NCBI GenBank assembly: GCA_016839555.1
Contig: JAEOUA010000003.1
Span: forward strand, 192,001 to 256,000
Direction of reading: 5' to 3'
DNA from: Promethearchaeota archaeon
GTDB taxonomy: Archaea > Asgardarchaeota > Lokiarchaeia > Sigyniarchaeales > SOKP01
DNA length: 64,000 nucleotides
Shown here: in pieces, positions 19,830-29,495 of the stretch
Position numbering within the stretch: the first letter of the stretch is position 1
How the letters are laid out: every line of letters starts with the position of its first letter
Position numbers and translations under genes: made by a program
The notes under the pieces: model-generated
What the model was told of the DNA's origin: nothing
The model's database searches: none
What the model saw: only the letters and a program-made list of their open reading frames with translations

Positions 19830-21233
19830 TCAGAAACTCTGAAACCACAAATTAATATCGTTAGCAAACACGATTAAAAATATTAATATAATTAGGATTA
19901 TAATACAATAAATTGCTCCCATTCGAGGTTTTCTCTTATAATAAATATCTTTTGCCCTAGATTGATATTCTTTTGCTTTTGCTTCATAAAATGCTTTTAA
20001 ACCCTTAAGAGTAAGCGATAATTCTCCATTTTCTTCTTTAATATATTTATCTTTAATTAATTTATTTAGATATTTTTCTGCAATTTTGGGCCCTAAATCC
20101 TTATAGAAAAAATCGGCAAATCCTTGATAATATACACGTCCTAGTGATAATCCTTGTTTAAAATTTTCTAATAACTCACTTCTTATTATTCTTTCTCTTC
20201 TTATGCTTGCCAAGATATAGCCTGTTAATCGATTTTTATATAAATTATCACCATATACTTTAATATCACTAATATCAAACTCTTTCTCTTCCATTTTTCT
20301 CAATCCCCACAAAAATTCTATACCCTCTTTAAAGATTATAACAGCAATAATCAATCCAACAAGAGCATCAACAAAATAATACTTAAAAATAGAAAATATT
20401 AATCCAATGATCACTCCTATAGAAATCATTACATTTAATTGAGAATCCTTTGAATCACTTAAGAGTGATAAATTTCCAGACGTTCGACCTACTACACCTT
20501 TTGCCCACATTAATCCCCAATTTAATACTATGGATAAAAAACTTATTAAAAAAGCTTGAACAGTTGGAAAAATAGGCGTTAAATTAAACAATGCTTCTAT
20601 ACTTGACCATATCATTATACCTCCAGTAATAAACATAGTTAAAATGATTAAAACGCTGGCAATTTTATCCTTTCCTAGTTTTATTCCAATTAGAAAAATA
20701 ATTATTATTTTAATAAAGTCTGATAAGTTCTCAAATCCTTCCGATATAAGCCCTTGAGATGATAATTGGAAGCCAATGAAAATTTTTAATGATGATAAAA
20801 TAACCAAGCAAATGGTGGTTAGAATTAAAACTGCTTTTTCAGATAATAATCTCCTCATATAATGGGTTATCTGGGTAGTTTGTAAATATGTCAATTCCAC
20901 AAGCTTTTCTCCCTCGTCCGATAATTTAACAGAATTGGGATCAACTATTATTAGATTCTTATCTTTTGCGGTTTTTATGAATTCCATAACATCTTGTTCC
21001 TCCACTACTAATTGACTTGTAGTAGATATAAAAAACTTACGCATTTTAGACTTTAATTCTGTTATAGAAGTGATTCCGTCATAGATAAGAGAAAGAAATC
21101 CATATAAATAACTGGTATGAGGTTCTTTTGTTGTGTAGTTTTTTCTAATAATTCTCTCAAATTTATGATATTTTCTTCGTAATTCCTTTCTTTCAGATTC
21201 TGGAAATTTTGATTTTAATTTGGAAGCATTCAT
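19830..21233 (-). CDS. Cation diffusion facilitator-like transporter flanked by two winged-helix domains
   Basis: LKIFIGFQLSSQGLISEGFENLSD CDF TM core; KNLI...VKLSDEG and DKYIKEENGELSLTLKG wings. Confidence 0.65.
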   Translation of the reverse strand: MNASKLKSKFPESERKELRRKYHKFERIIRKNYTTKEPHTSYLYGFLSLIYDGITSITELKSKMRKFFISTTSQLVVEEQDVMEFIKTAKDKNLIIVDPNSVKLSDEGEKLVELTYLQTTQITHYMRRLLSEKAVLILTTICLVILSSLKIFIGFQLSSQGLISEGFENLSDFIKIIIIFLIGIKLGKDKIASVLIILTMFITGGIMIWSSIEALFNLTPIFPTVQAFLISFLSIVLNWGLMWAKGVVGRTSGNLSLLSDSKDSQLNVMISIGVIIGLIFSIFKYYFVDALVGLIIAVIIFKEGIEFLWGLRKMEEKEFDISDIKVYGDNLYKNRLTGYILASIRRERIIRSELLENFKQGLSLGRVYYQGFADFFYKDLGPKIAEKYLNKLIKDKYIKEENGELSLTLKGLKAFYEAKAKEYQSRAKDIYYKRKPRMGAIYCIIILIILIFLIVFANDINLWFQSF

Positions 21234-21348
21234 AAGATCTAATTTATTTAAGAAGAATCTAATAATTAAGAAATTAAAGGTTTTTTTTTAAACCTTTCTA
21301 TATATAAAAAATTGTGATTTATAAGAGCTTCTTAATAAACTTAAAGTA

Positions 21349-21377
21349 AAAGAATCTTAAGATATTGAAGATTCTTT
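21349..21377. promoter_or_regulatory. 10-9-10 inverted repeat in a divergent promoter region
   Basis: AAAGAATCTT-aagatattg-AAGATTCTTT. Confidence 0.45.
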
Positions 21378-21473
21378 GAATAGTGGTTGTATTTTATTAG
21401 ATGAATGTCCTTTATATTTTATTTGAAAATTATTTATAATTATGATATATATTAAATAACCATAATAAATTAG

Positions 21474-21989
21474 GTGATAAAATTGGTTGAACCAGAAGAA
21501 TTTTTAAAAATATTAAAAGAGAGGAGAACCATCCGATGTTTCAAAGACGAGATGATATCAGATAAAGAGCTAAATATGATATTAGAGGCGGGACAATGGG
21601 CGCCCACTGCGTCAAATAAACAAACTTGGAAGTTTATAGTAATTAAAAATAAAGAAATCATTAATAAATTAGCAAAGACTGCAATTTATGGTAAATTTGT
21701 TAGAGAAGCACCGGTTGTTGTTGCAATTATCGGATTTGTTCATGATAATCCAAATTGGTATATTCAAGATACAAGTTTAGCTTCAATGAATATGATGTTG
21801 ATGGCATGGGTGTTAAATATTGGAACTTGTTGGATTGGAAGCATGGACAGAGAAAAAGCAAAAGAAATAATTGGAATTAATAAAGATGATTTTCTTTTAA
21901 CAATCCTTCCTTTCGGCTATTTAAGGAAAAAAGTTCCAAATCCGCCCCCAAGGAAAGATCTGGATGAGATTTCAGAAGTAATAGAATAA
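21474..21989 (+). CDS. Nitroreductase family protein
   Basis: RRTIRCF, APTASNKQTW, IGTCWIG and PPRK. Confidence 0.88.
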   Translation: MIKLVEPEEFLKILKERRTIRCFKDEMISDKELNMILEAGQWAPTASNKQTWKFIVIKNKEIINKLAKTAIYGKFVREAPVVVAIIGFVHDNPNWYIQDTSLASMNMMLMAWVLNIGTCWIGSMDREKAKEIIGINKDDFLLTILPFGYLRKKVPNPPPRKDLDEISEVIE

Positions 21990-22011
21990 TTATGACTATT
22001 TTTATATTCCC

Positions 22012-23178
22012 CTAATTTCTTTTTAAAGTAAGTTCTTCTAATGCTTCTGGTGCTATAGTTAGTTTTATATATCCATCTTTAGTTATTAATACCGTATCAG
22101 AATGTCGGAATCCTCCAATTCCTGGAATGTATATACCTGGCTCAATGCTCACAACCATATTTGGTTCCAATACCCTATCATATCCTTCTGCTATATATGG
22201 TGCTTCATGAGAAGTCACTCCAAATCCATGACCAGTTCTATGAAGTATATAATCACTGTATCCGTTTTTATTAAGGAAATTTTTCACTTTTTTGTCTATC
22301 TCACTCATTATTATACCTGGTTTTAATAATTCATACGCTAAATTCCGAGCATTCATTATTATTTCAAATGGTTTTCTCGCTTTATCTGGAACAGAATTTA
22401 AAAAGAATGTCCGTTCTACCTCTGCACCATATCCATCTACTCTCGCCTGCACAATCGACACATGAGGTCCACCTTCCTCCATTTTAGCAAAGATATTTGG
22501 AACTAGATGAGGTTCATGAGAGATACTGGGTGGCCATACCGCTGCTGTTGTTTCAATAGCCTTAAAATTAGCATTAGGAATATCCATTATAATTTTAGAG
22601 GTCATAGCAGAGGTTGCTTCTTGATATAGGGCAAATTCTGCTACATCCGGCTTACATAATTTCAATAATTTTTGATGACCTCTACTGACGATCTTACTCG
22701 CATAAACAAGTCTTCCAATTTCATAATCACTTTTTATAAGTCTAACTTCCTCAATTATCTCTGACACAACTTTTTTTCCAGGTGTTTTTTGAAATATTTC
22801 CATAGGCATACTAGGTTCAATTCCAATTATAGCATTGGTATTAAAGATTTTTTGATACTTATCATACCAATTTTTACCTTCTGGAGCTGGAAATTCATTA
22901 TATTCAATTAATTCCAATTCGGGGACTACTCTGTCTCTAATATGTGCCACTTCAAGCAAAGGCACCACCATTTTTAGCGAGCCTTTATTACATATAATTA
23001 AGATAAATGGGCGTTCGTGAACATAAAAGGCAAAATTCGTCAAGTAATAAATATTTACAGGGTCAAAGCAAACAAAATAATCTAATTGCTCTTTTCCCAT
23101 TAAGGCTCTCACCTTTTCTAAACGATTTGCGAGCTCTTCCTTATTTGGTGGAGTTTTGATAACTTTTGGTTTTTTCAT
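22012..23178 (-). CDS. M24-family (Xaa-Pro peptidase/creatinase-like) hydrolase
   Basis: NIYYLTNF, RLIKSDYEI, HRTGHGFG, HEAP, SIEPGIY and RHSDTV. Confidence 0.85.
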   Translation of the reverse strand: MKKPKVIKTPPNKEELANRLEKVRALMGKEQLDYFVCFDPVNIYYLTNFAFYVHERPFILIICNKGSLKMVVPLLEVAHIRDRVVPELELIEYNEFPAPEGKNWYDKYQKIFNTNAIIGIEPSMPMEIFQKTPGKKVVSEIIEEVRLIKSDYEIGRLVYASKIVSRGHQKLLKLCKPDVAEFALYQEATSAMTSKIIMDIPNANFKAIETTAAVWPPSISHEPHLVPNIFAKMEEGGPHVSIVQARVDGYGAEVERTFFLNSVPDKARKPFEIIMNARNLAYELLKPGIIMSEIDKKVKNFLNKNGYSDYILHRTGHGFGVTSHEAPYIAEGYDRVLEPNMVVSIEPGIYIPGIGGFRHSDTVLITKDGYIKLTIAPEALEELTLKRN

Positions 23179-23367
23179 TACTTTCTACCTAATTTTAATT
23201 TGAAAATTTTAAAAGTTAAAATTATAAATTCTGATAATAAATTGTTTATTTTTCAAATTAATAAAAGTATCAATTTGATATAAAATATAGAAAAATAGCG
23301 CTTGCATTTATGATTAGAAAAATTATGTAAGAATTTAATACTTTCAAAAGAGTTTATTAAATAACTA

Positions 23368-23931
23368 TTAATCTAGAACAAATTCTAGATATATAAGGTT
23401 TGGAGACATCTTTTCTGTCTTGACTTTAAAAGCTAAATTAAAGTGGTTTTTTATTATGTTTTTAAAAAAGTGAATAAAAAATATAGAGAAGTTTTCATCT
23501 AAATCATGTAATCCTCTTAATATAATTAAATCTGATTTTTTCTTAACATCTAAAGTATTAAACCATTTCAATCCTTTCTTTCCAAAGAAATCTGTAAAGA
23601 ATTTATTATAATCTTTTATACTCTTTTTGTTCATTGGCTCCGCAATTGAAAATCTCATAATATCAGCAATCAAATCGGAATTAATTTCAGCATATTTCTT
23701 TAAATCAGTTTCAATTTGTGAATTAAAAAGTTCAATTAATAATGATTTTGATACAATTATCATATCATTAGTTTGATTTAAAAGCTCAAAATTTATCCAT
23801 TCCCTTAAGGCTTCTTTTGCCAACATGCCACGCGATTTATTAATCTGTTCTGAAAACAAATCCAACTTATTTAAAAGCTTTTGAGAAAGTCTGAATCCAA
23901 TAAAATTATTCGAGTTTTTTTTATCAGCCAT
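23368..23931 (-). CDS. Ribbon-helix-helix (CopG-like) regulator with a C-terminal domain
   Basis: FIGFRLSQKLLNKLD..SRGMLAKEALREW. Confidence 0.65.
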   Translation of the reverse strand: MADKKNSNNFIGFRLSQKLLNKLDLFSEQINKSRGMLAKEALREWINFELLNQTNDMIIVSKSLLIELFNSQIETDLKKYAEINSDLIADIMRFSIAEPMNKKSIKDYNKFFTDFFGKKGLKWFNTLDVKKKSDLIILRGLHDLDENFSIFFIHFFKNIIKNHFNLAFKVKTEKMSPNLIYLEFVLD

Positions 23932-24122
23932 TTTTACTCAACAAAATGTAAATTTATAATAAATTTTTAAGCATATTTTTTCAATATTCTTAATAAAAAA
24001 TTATATTTTCATAAGTTAACTAAATTGTCATGATCAATATTTGATATCAATGATAACATTTAAATATTTTTAATAATTTTTAATCAATTAAATAAAAAAA
24101 AATTAAGGAATATTTTAAAAAA

Positions 24123-26033
24123 ATGAATTCTGAATGGATTGAAACTAAAAAATCTAAAACTTCAACTTGTTTAGGTCCAATTGAAAATTTAGAAGAACAT
24201 GTAGATAAGGACTGGTGGAATCATATTTTTAATTCCATGTATTTAAAAACAGATGGAGATGTTGTAGAGGATCCAATAATAACTTCAAGAGAAATTGATC
24301 TTTTTTCGAAAATACTTGATCTAAAGCCTAATGATGTAATACTTGACTTATGTTGTGGACAAGGTAGGCATTCTCTTGAATTGGCAAGAAGAGGATTTAC
24401 TAATATTGAAGGATTAGATCGTTCGCATTTTCTAATTAAAAAAGCTAGAGAAACGGTAAGAAAAGAGGGTTTAGCTGTGAAATTTCAAGAGGGTGATGCT
24501 CGGAAACTAAATTATTCTACTGATTCATTTGATGTGGTATTGTTATTAGGAAATAGTTTTGGATATTTTAAATCAATAAAGGATGATCTTTTGGTATTAA
24601 CTGAAGTATTTAGAATTCTAAAACCTTGGTCCCGTATTTTAATAGATTTAGCAGATGGGGAATACTTAAAAAAGAACTTTGCACCTCATTCTTGGGAGTG
24701 GATTGATAAAAATATTTTTGTATGTCGCGAACGCTCTCTTTCTCTAGATAAACATAGATTAATTTCAAGAGAATTAATTACTCATGTCAACATAGGAGTA
24801 TTGATTGATCAATTTTATGCTGAAAGATTATATTCTAAAAATAGAATTTTGGAATTATTAAAAAAAGCTGGTTTTACTAATATAAATTTTCACGGAGAAG
24901 TATCCCCTGCATCTCAGAGGAATCAAGATTTAGGAATGATGGAAAAGCGTATACTAGTGAGCGCTTGTGCAAAAAAAGAATGGACAGTTGTTGAAAAGAA
25001 ACAAAAAAAGGCACAGAAAAATGTTGTGGTGATTTTTGGAGATCCTAACAAGGCTGATATTTTAAAACCATTAAGAATCTTTGATGAGGATGATTTTTAT
25101 ACAATAGAACAATTAAAAAATAATTTGCGAACATTTGAGGAATATAATTTTATGTATCTTACTAATCATAATACACTTGTTCAAGAATTATTGAAATTAA
25201 GAGGTCAAATTGATTATGTATTTAATTTATGCGATGAAGGATATGATAATAATGCGAGAAATGAATTACATATTCCCGCACTCTTAGATGTTTTAAGAAT
25301 ACCTTATACAGGAGCAGGACCTCAATGCCTTGCTTTTTGTTATGATAAATCTCTAGTGAGAGGAATTGCAAAAGAAATGGGGATACCCGTACCACACGCC
25401 ATATATATCAAACCAAAAGATGAAAAATTTGATTTTCCCTTTTATTTTCCAGCAATAGTGAAACCTAATTTCGGAGATTCTAGTTTCGGAATAACACAAC
25501 AGAATGTTATCTATAATGGAGAAGACCTCATAAATGTAATTTCTAATTTACGCGAGCAATTCGGTTATAATAGTCCTATCTTGATTGAGCAATTTCTTCC
25601 AGGGAAAGATTTAACTTTAGGAATTATTGGAAACTCTTATGATGATTTTCTCATTCTACCTATTTCTGAGGATGATTATTCTGAACTACCATCAGATCTG
25701 CCCAAAATCTGTGGATATGAAGCAAAATGGTTGCCAGATTCGCCTTACTCTAAAATTAAATCTATTAAAGCAGAATTACCCAATAAAACGGAAGAATTAA
25801 TTCAAAGAAGCAGTCTTAAATTATTTGAGAGATTGGAATGCCAGGATTATGCCAGATTTGATTGGAGGCTTGATATTGATGGAAATCCAAAATTATTAGA
25901 AGTAAATCCGAATCCTGGATGGTGTTGGGATGGTCACCTTGCTAAAATGGCAAGCTATAATAATATGGATTATAAGGATATGCTTTCAAAGATTCTTAAA
26001 ACTGCAGAGAAACGATTAGGTTTGGTTAAGTAA
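24123..26033 (+). CDS. SAM methyltransferase / D-Ala-D-Ala-ligase-like ATP-grasp fusion
   Basis: ILDLCCGQGRH and GDAR; then FNLCDEG, PYTG, DKS, IVKP..GDSSFGI, EQFLPG, ARFDWR and LEVNPNPG. Confidence 0.85.
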   Translation: MNSEWIETKKSKTSTCLGPIENLEEHVDKDWWNHIFNSMYLKTDGDVVEDPIITSREIDLFSKILDLKPNDVILDLCCGQGRHSLELARRGFTNIEGLDRSHFLIKKARETVRKEGLAVKFQEGDARKLNYSTDSFDVVLLLGNSFGYFKSIKDDLLVLTEVFRILKPWSRILIDLADGEYLKKNFAPHSWEWIDKNIFVCRERSLSLDKHRLISRELITHVNIGVLIDQFYAERLYSKNRILELLKKAGFTNINFHGEVSPASQRNQDLGMMEKRILVSACAKKEWTVVEKKQKKAQKNVVVIFGDPNKADILKPLRIFDEDDFYTIEQLKNNLRTFEEYNFMYLTNHNTLVQELLKLRGQIDYVFNLCDEGYDNNARNELHIPALLDVLRIPYTGAGPQCLAFCYDKSLVRGIAKEMGIPVPHAIYIKPKDEKFDFPFYFPAIVKPNFGDSSFGITQQNVIYNGEDLINVISNLREQFGYNSPILIEQFLPGKDLTLGIIGNSYDDFLILPISEDDYSELPSDLPKICGYEAKWLPDSPYSKIKSIKAELPNKTEELIQRSSLKLFERLECQDYARFDWRLDIDGNPKLLEVNPNPGWCWDGHLAKMASYNNMDYKDMLSKILKTAEKRLGLVK

Positions 26034-26130
26034 AAGTTTTATTCCACTTTTTTCTCTCTTATTTTTTATCCTTAAATTTTAAATATTTTTTTATAAGAAT
26101 TTTATTATAAGATTTAAGATTAAATGGTAT

Positions 26131-27720
26131 ATGGTTATAGGTTATTTTGGTTTAGTCCTTCACGGGCATATTCCGTGGTGTAAAAAATCTGGAGTCTGGC
26201 CAGCGGGAGAAGAATGGTTAATGGAAGCTATGGCAGAATCCTATATTCCTTTTCTTAATATTATGAGAGAACTTAAAAATGAAGGTATTAAGACAGCCAT
26301 TACGATCAATATTACGCCAATATTGGCAGAACAACTCTCGGATGAATATATGAAACAGCGCTTTTCTGAATATATGGATGATTTAATTATCCGTGCTCAA
26401 AATGATATTTCGAGATTTCAATATCAACCAAAAAAAAAAGAAATCTCACAATTTCATCTCAATAGATTAGAACAGGTTCTAAATACGTTTTATCATAATT
26501 ATTATAGAGATCTTCTAGGAACTTTTAAATGGCTCCAAGAGGAGGGCATGATTGAATTAATAACATGTGCAGCCACACATGGCTTTCTACCGTTATTTGA
26601 AAGCGACTCCGGAATTTTTTCACAAATTCAGACGGCTGTTGACACTCATAAAAAATATTTTGGAAGGCAACCCAAGGGTATTTGGCTTCCTGAATGTGCT
26701 TATCGTCCAAAAGAATATAGAAATGGAAAGGTGAGAGAAAGTTTAGATTATTGGCTTAATAATTCGGGAATTGAGTATTTTTATGTGGATACTCATGGTC
26801 TTTTAGATGCTGAGCTTCTAGAAGTAAAAAATTCATTTGGACTCACAACAAAATTCGGTTATAATTTAGAAACAGGAGTGTCTGTGTTTGGGCGAAATAG
26901 AAAAACAAGCAGACAAGTATGGGATGCGGAAATAGGATATCCTGGTGATGAATATTATAGAGAATTCCATAAGAAAGATAATGAATCTGGTTTGCATTAT
27001 TGGCGAATAACTGGAAAGGACGTAGATAAAGAGCATAAAGAATTATATGATAGCAAAATGGCGCAAGAAAGAGTGGACAGCCATAGCTTGCATTTTGTTT
27101 CTATAGTGGCTGAAATATTAAAGGCATTTTCAGAAGAATTTAATACTAGAGGAATTATTGTATCTCCATATGATTTCGAATTATATGGACATTGGTGGAT
27201 GGAGGGGATAGATTGGTTAAAAGCTATATTTAACTTAATTAATAAAAATGAAAATATCGAGATGATAACCTTTTCAGAATATATCTCCAAATATAAAGAA
27301 CAATTTTCAATTATAAAGATGGGGAAAAGTAGTTGGGGAAAAGGAGGATATTTTGAAGTATGGCAAAATCCTGATCATGGATGGATTTGGCCCTACATAA
27401 ATTCTTCTATAAAAGATTTTGAAAATGTATTAGCAGACACTCCTAATCCTGGAAGTTGGGGAATTGATATACTTCAACAAACAGCTAGAGAATTATTATT
27501 AATGGAGGGTAGTGATTGGCCATTCCTTTTATATACAAAACAAGCAAAAGAATACGCAAATAAGCGATTTCATCACCATCATCAGCGATTCAACAAATTA
27601 ATCTGGCAAGCAAAAAATTTAAATGAAAGAAATAGAATTTCTAAAGAAGAACTCATGTATATCAAGGATATTGATTCATGTTTTCAAAATTTAAATATTG
27701 AATATTTTAGAAAGAGATAA
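26131..27720 (+). CDS. GH57 1,4-alpha-glucan branching enzyme
   Basis: HGHIPW, EEWL, ATHGFLP, WLPECAY, YDFELYGHWW and SDWPF. Confidence 0.9.
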   Translation: MVIGYFGLVLHGHIPWCKKSGVWPAGEEWLMEAMAESYIPFLNIMRELKNEGIKTAITINITPILAEQLSDEYMKQRFSEYMDDLIIRAQNDISRFQYQPKKKEISQFHLNRLEQVLNTFYHNYYRDLLGTFKWLQEEGMIELITCAATHGFLPLFESDSGIFSQIQTAVDTHKKYFGRQPKGIWLPECAYRPKEYRNGKVRESLDYWLNNSGIEYFYVDTHGLLDAELLEVKNSFGLTTKFGYNLETGVSVFGRNRKTSRQVWDAEIGYPGDEYYREFHKKDNESGLHYWRITGKDVDKEHKELYDSKMAQERVDSHSLHFVSIVAEILKAFSEEFNTRGIIVSPYDFELYGHWWMEGIDWLKAIFNLINKNENIEMITFSEYISKYKEQFSIIKMGKSSWGKGGYFEVWQNPDHGWIWPYINSSIKDFENVLADTPNPGSWGIDILQQTARELLLMEGSDWPFLLYTKQAKEYANKRFHHHHQRFNKLIWQAKNLNERNRISKEELMYIKDIDSCFQNLNIEYFRKR

Positions 27721-27741
27721 AATTAATTTAGTTGTTTTGAA

Positions 27742-27975
27742 TTAGAAAATAATATTAATCGCATTCATAGGGCAAATTTCAATGCATTTTTTACAATTTT
27801 CCCCTAAGCAAAGCTGGGGGAACACAGGGTCTATTATCCAATTTGTGGGTTGATGATAATCTTCATCCGTGAATGTGATATTAAAGACACATGGTTCACA
27901 GACTTGTACGCATTTTCTACAGAGTTCCGGTTGAGAACATTTATCCAGATCAATCGCAATATTGGGGATTTTCAT
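27742..27975 (-). CDS. Small ferredoxin-like protein
   Basis: CRKCVQVC and CLGENCKKCIEICP. Confidence 0.75.
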   Translation of the reverse strand: MKIPNIAIDLDKCSQPELCRKCVQVCEPCVFNITFTDEDYHQPTNWIIDPVFPQLCLGENCKKCIEICPMNAINIIF

Positions 27976-27977
27976 TA

Positions 27978-28844
27978 TTAATATTTTCCTCTGGTAATTG
28001 GGATTAAATTTCTATCTACTAATTCAATTGCGTTATTCTCGCACACTTCCGCACAATTCCCACAGCCATAGCATAATTCTGGATCAATAATTGGTTTCTC
28101 TTCATATTTTAAAGCACCAAATTGACAGCGATCTGCACAGTTTTCACATCCTATACATTTATCTTCATTCACTATGGCAACATTCTCTCCTTTCCAACAA
28201 GCTTTAATATCGAAATCAGTTCTCAATCTTAACGCTCCACAAGACGGTATAGAACAAGAGCATAAGGCTACAATAGCTGGTAATGGACCTGCCCAAATCG
28301 AATGTACATATCCTTCTTTAAACATTTGATCTAGAAACTCAGCAGCTTTTTCTCCATCTAATACCTCAAGTCCATTCTCAGGGATAAACCTTGGTAATTT
28401 TGGAAGCACCTCTTTTAACGGAGTAAATCCTAAACAAGTAGACTTTCGAACACCTTGGTTGAAAAATTTACATGGGCATATAGCTCGTACTACTTCTTCA
28501 GCCTTTTCTAATACTATTTGTTTTGCTTCTGAAAGGGTAATCACTTGTCCAAAATGCCCTTGAGCAGCATCTATATTTAGCTTTTGGGTTTTTCCATCTT
28601 TTATAAAACCCCTATTTGCATACCATTTTAGAAATCGCCCTAAAAATGGAGTATCGACTTTTTTACTCATCCATTTCAGATTAAATAATCCATGAACTTT
28701 TCTTGAATAGGCTCTTTCCATATTACCCCAAAGGTCTTCCAAATATTCTGTTGAGTTTACTTCATCTGCAGTTTCTCTTATATAATTTCTGGCATTCATA
28801 TACCATTTTCCATTTGCCCCATGTTTCATACAAATTTGGCACAT
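27978..28844 (-). CDS. Cys-rich 4Fe-4S dicluster protein
   Basis: CIGCENCADRC and CYGCGNCAEVC, plus CPC and CSC motifs. Confidence 0.8.
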   Translation of the reverse strand: MCQICMKHGANGKWYMNARNYIRETADEVNSTEYLEDLWGNMERAYSRKVHGLFNLKWMSKKVDTPFLGRFLKWYANRGFIKDGKTQKLNIDAAQGHFGQVITLSEAKQIVLEKAEEVVRAICPCKFFNQGVRKSTCLGFTPLKEVLPKLPRFIPENGLEVLDGEKAAEFLDQMFKEGYVHSIWAGPLPAIVALCSCSIPSCGALRLRTDFDIKACWKGENVAIVNEDKCIGCENCADRCQFGALKYEEKPIIDPELCYGCGNCAEVCENNAIELVDRNLIPITRGKY

Positions 28845-29129
28845 ATAAGAACAACTCTCTGATTGGTATTTAATTTATTCTAATTTTGAGTTATTATAAT
28901 AATTATTTCTTTTATTAATTAAAAAATTTTAAATATCAAATTTTAAAGTTAATCTTATAGTGATTACAAAAACAGAATAAAGATTTAGAATAAATTTATT
29001 AGCTATATTCTCTATCATTATTTATCTTTTTTTAAAAGATTATTTCTACTTCTAATCTTAAAAAATATTATCTTCAAACAAAGATACTTAAATTTAGATT
29101 AGTTTAAATGAATTTATTAAAAATTAAGG

Positions 29130-29405
29130 GTGATGTTAGATTTAAATAAAACCATATCATTTGAGGAGTTGATTTCTTGCATTCCAGAGGATAAAATTAT
29201 AATATTAAAAACATTAATTTTGAAAGCTCAACATATACTCAGAGACGAAAATAAAAGATATGGAATAACATTACCGCATTTGATAAATTTTTTAGTAAGA
29301 AATGAAGAATTTTCAGATGCCCATAGAGATTTACTCATAATTCTTCAAAAAAAGTTAAGAGAATTCAAAAAGAAAGACTCAAATTTATATATAGAAATAA
29401 AATAA
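29130..29405 (+). CDS. Hypothetical protein
   Basis: 91-aa ORF in an otherwise empty gap, with AGGGTG SD-like sequence. Confidence 0.5.
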   Translation: MMLDLNKTISFEELISCIPEDKIIILKTLILKAQHILRDENKRYGITLPHLINFLVRNEEFSDAHRDLLIILQKKLREFKKKDSNLYIEIK

Positions 29406-29495
29406 TTTTCCTTCATTAAATCCGCCTTAAAAAATCTCATATTTATATTTTATTTTGTAATAGAATGAATCATTTAATTATATTTATGCCATGTA

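Noticed and set aside
24123-26033. Peptidoglycan synthesis inferred from the Ddl-like domain
   Set aside because: The context is archaeal, the domain is fused to a methyltransferase, and no mur genes are in the window.
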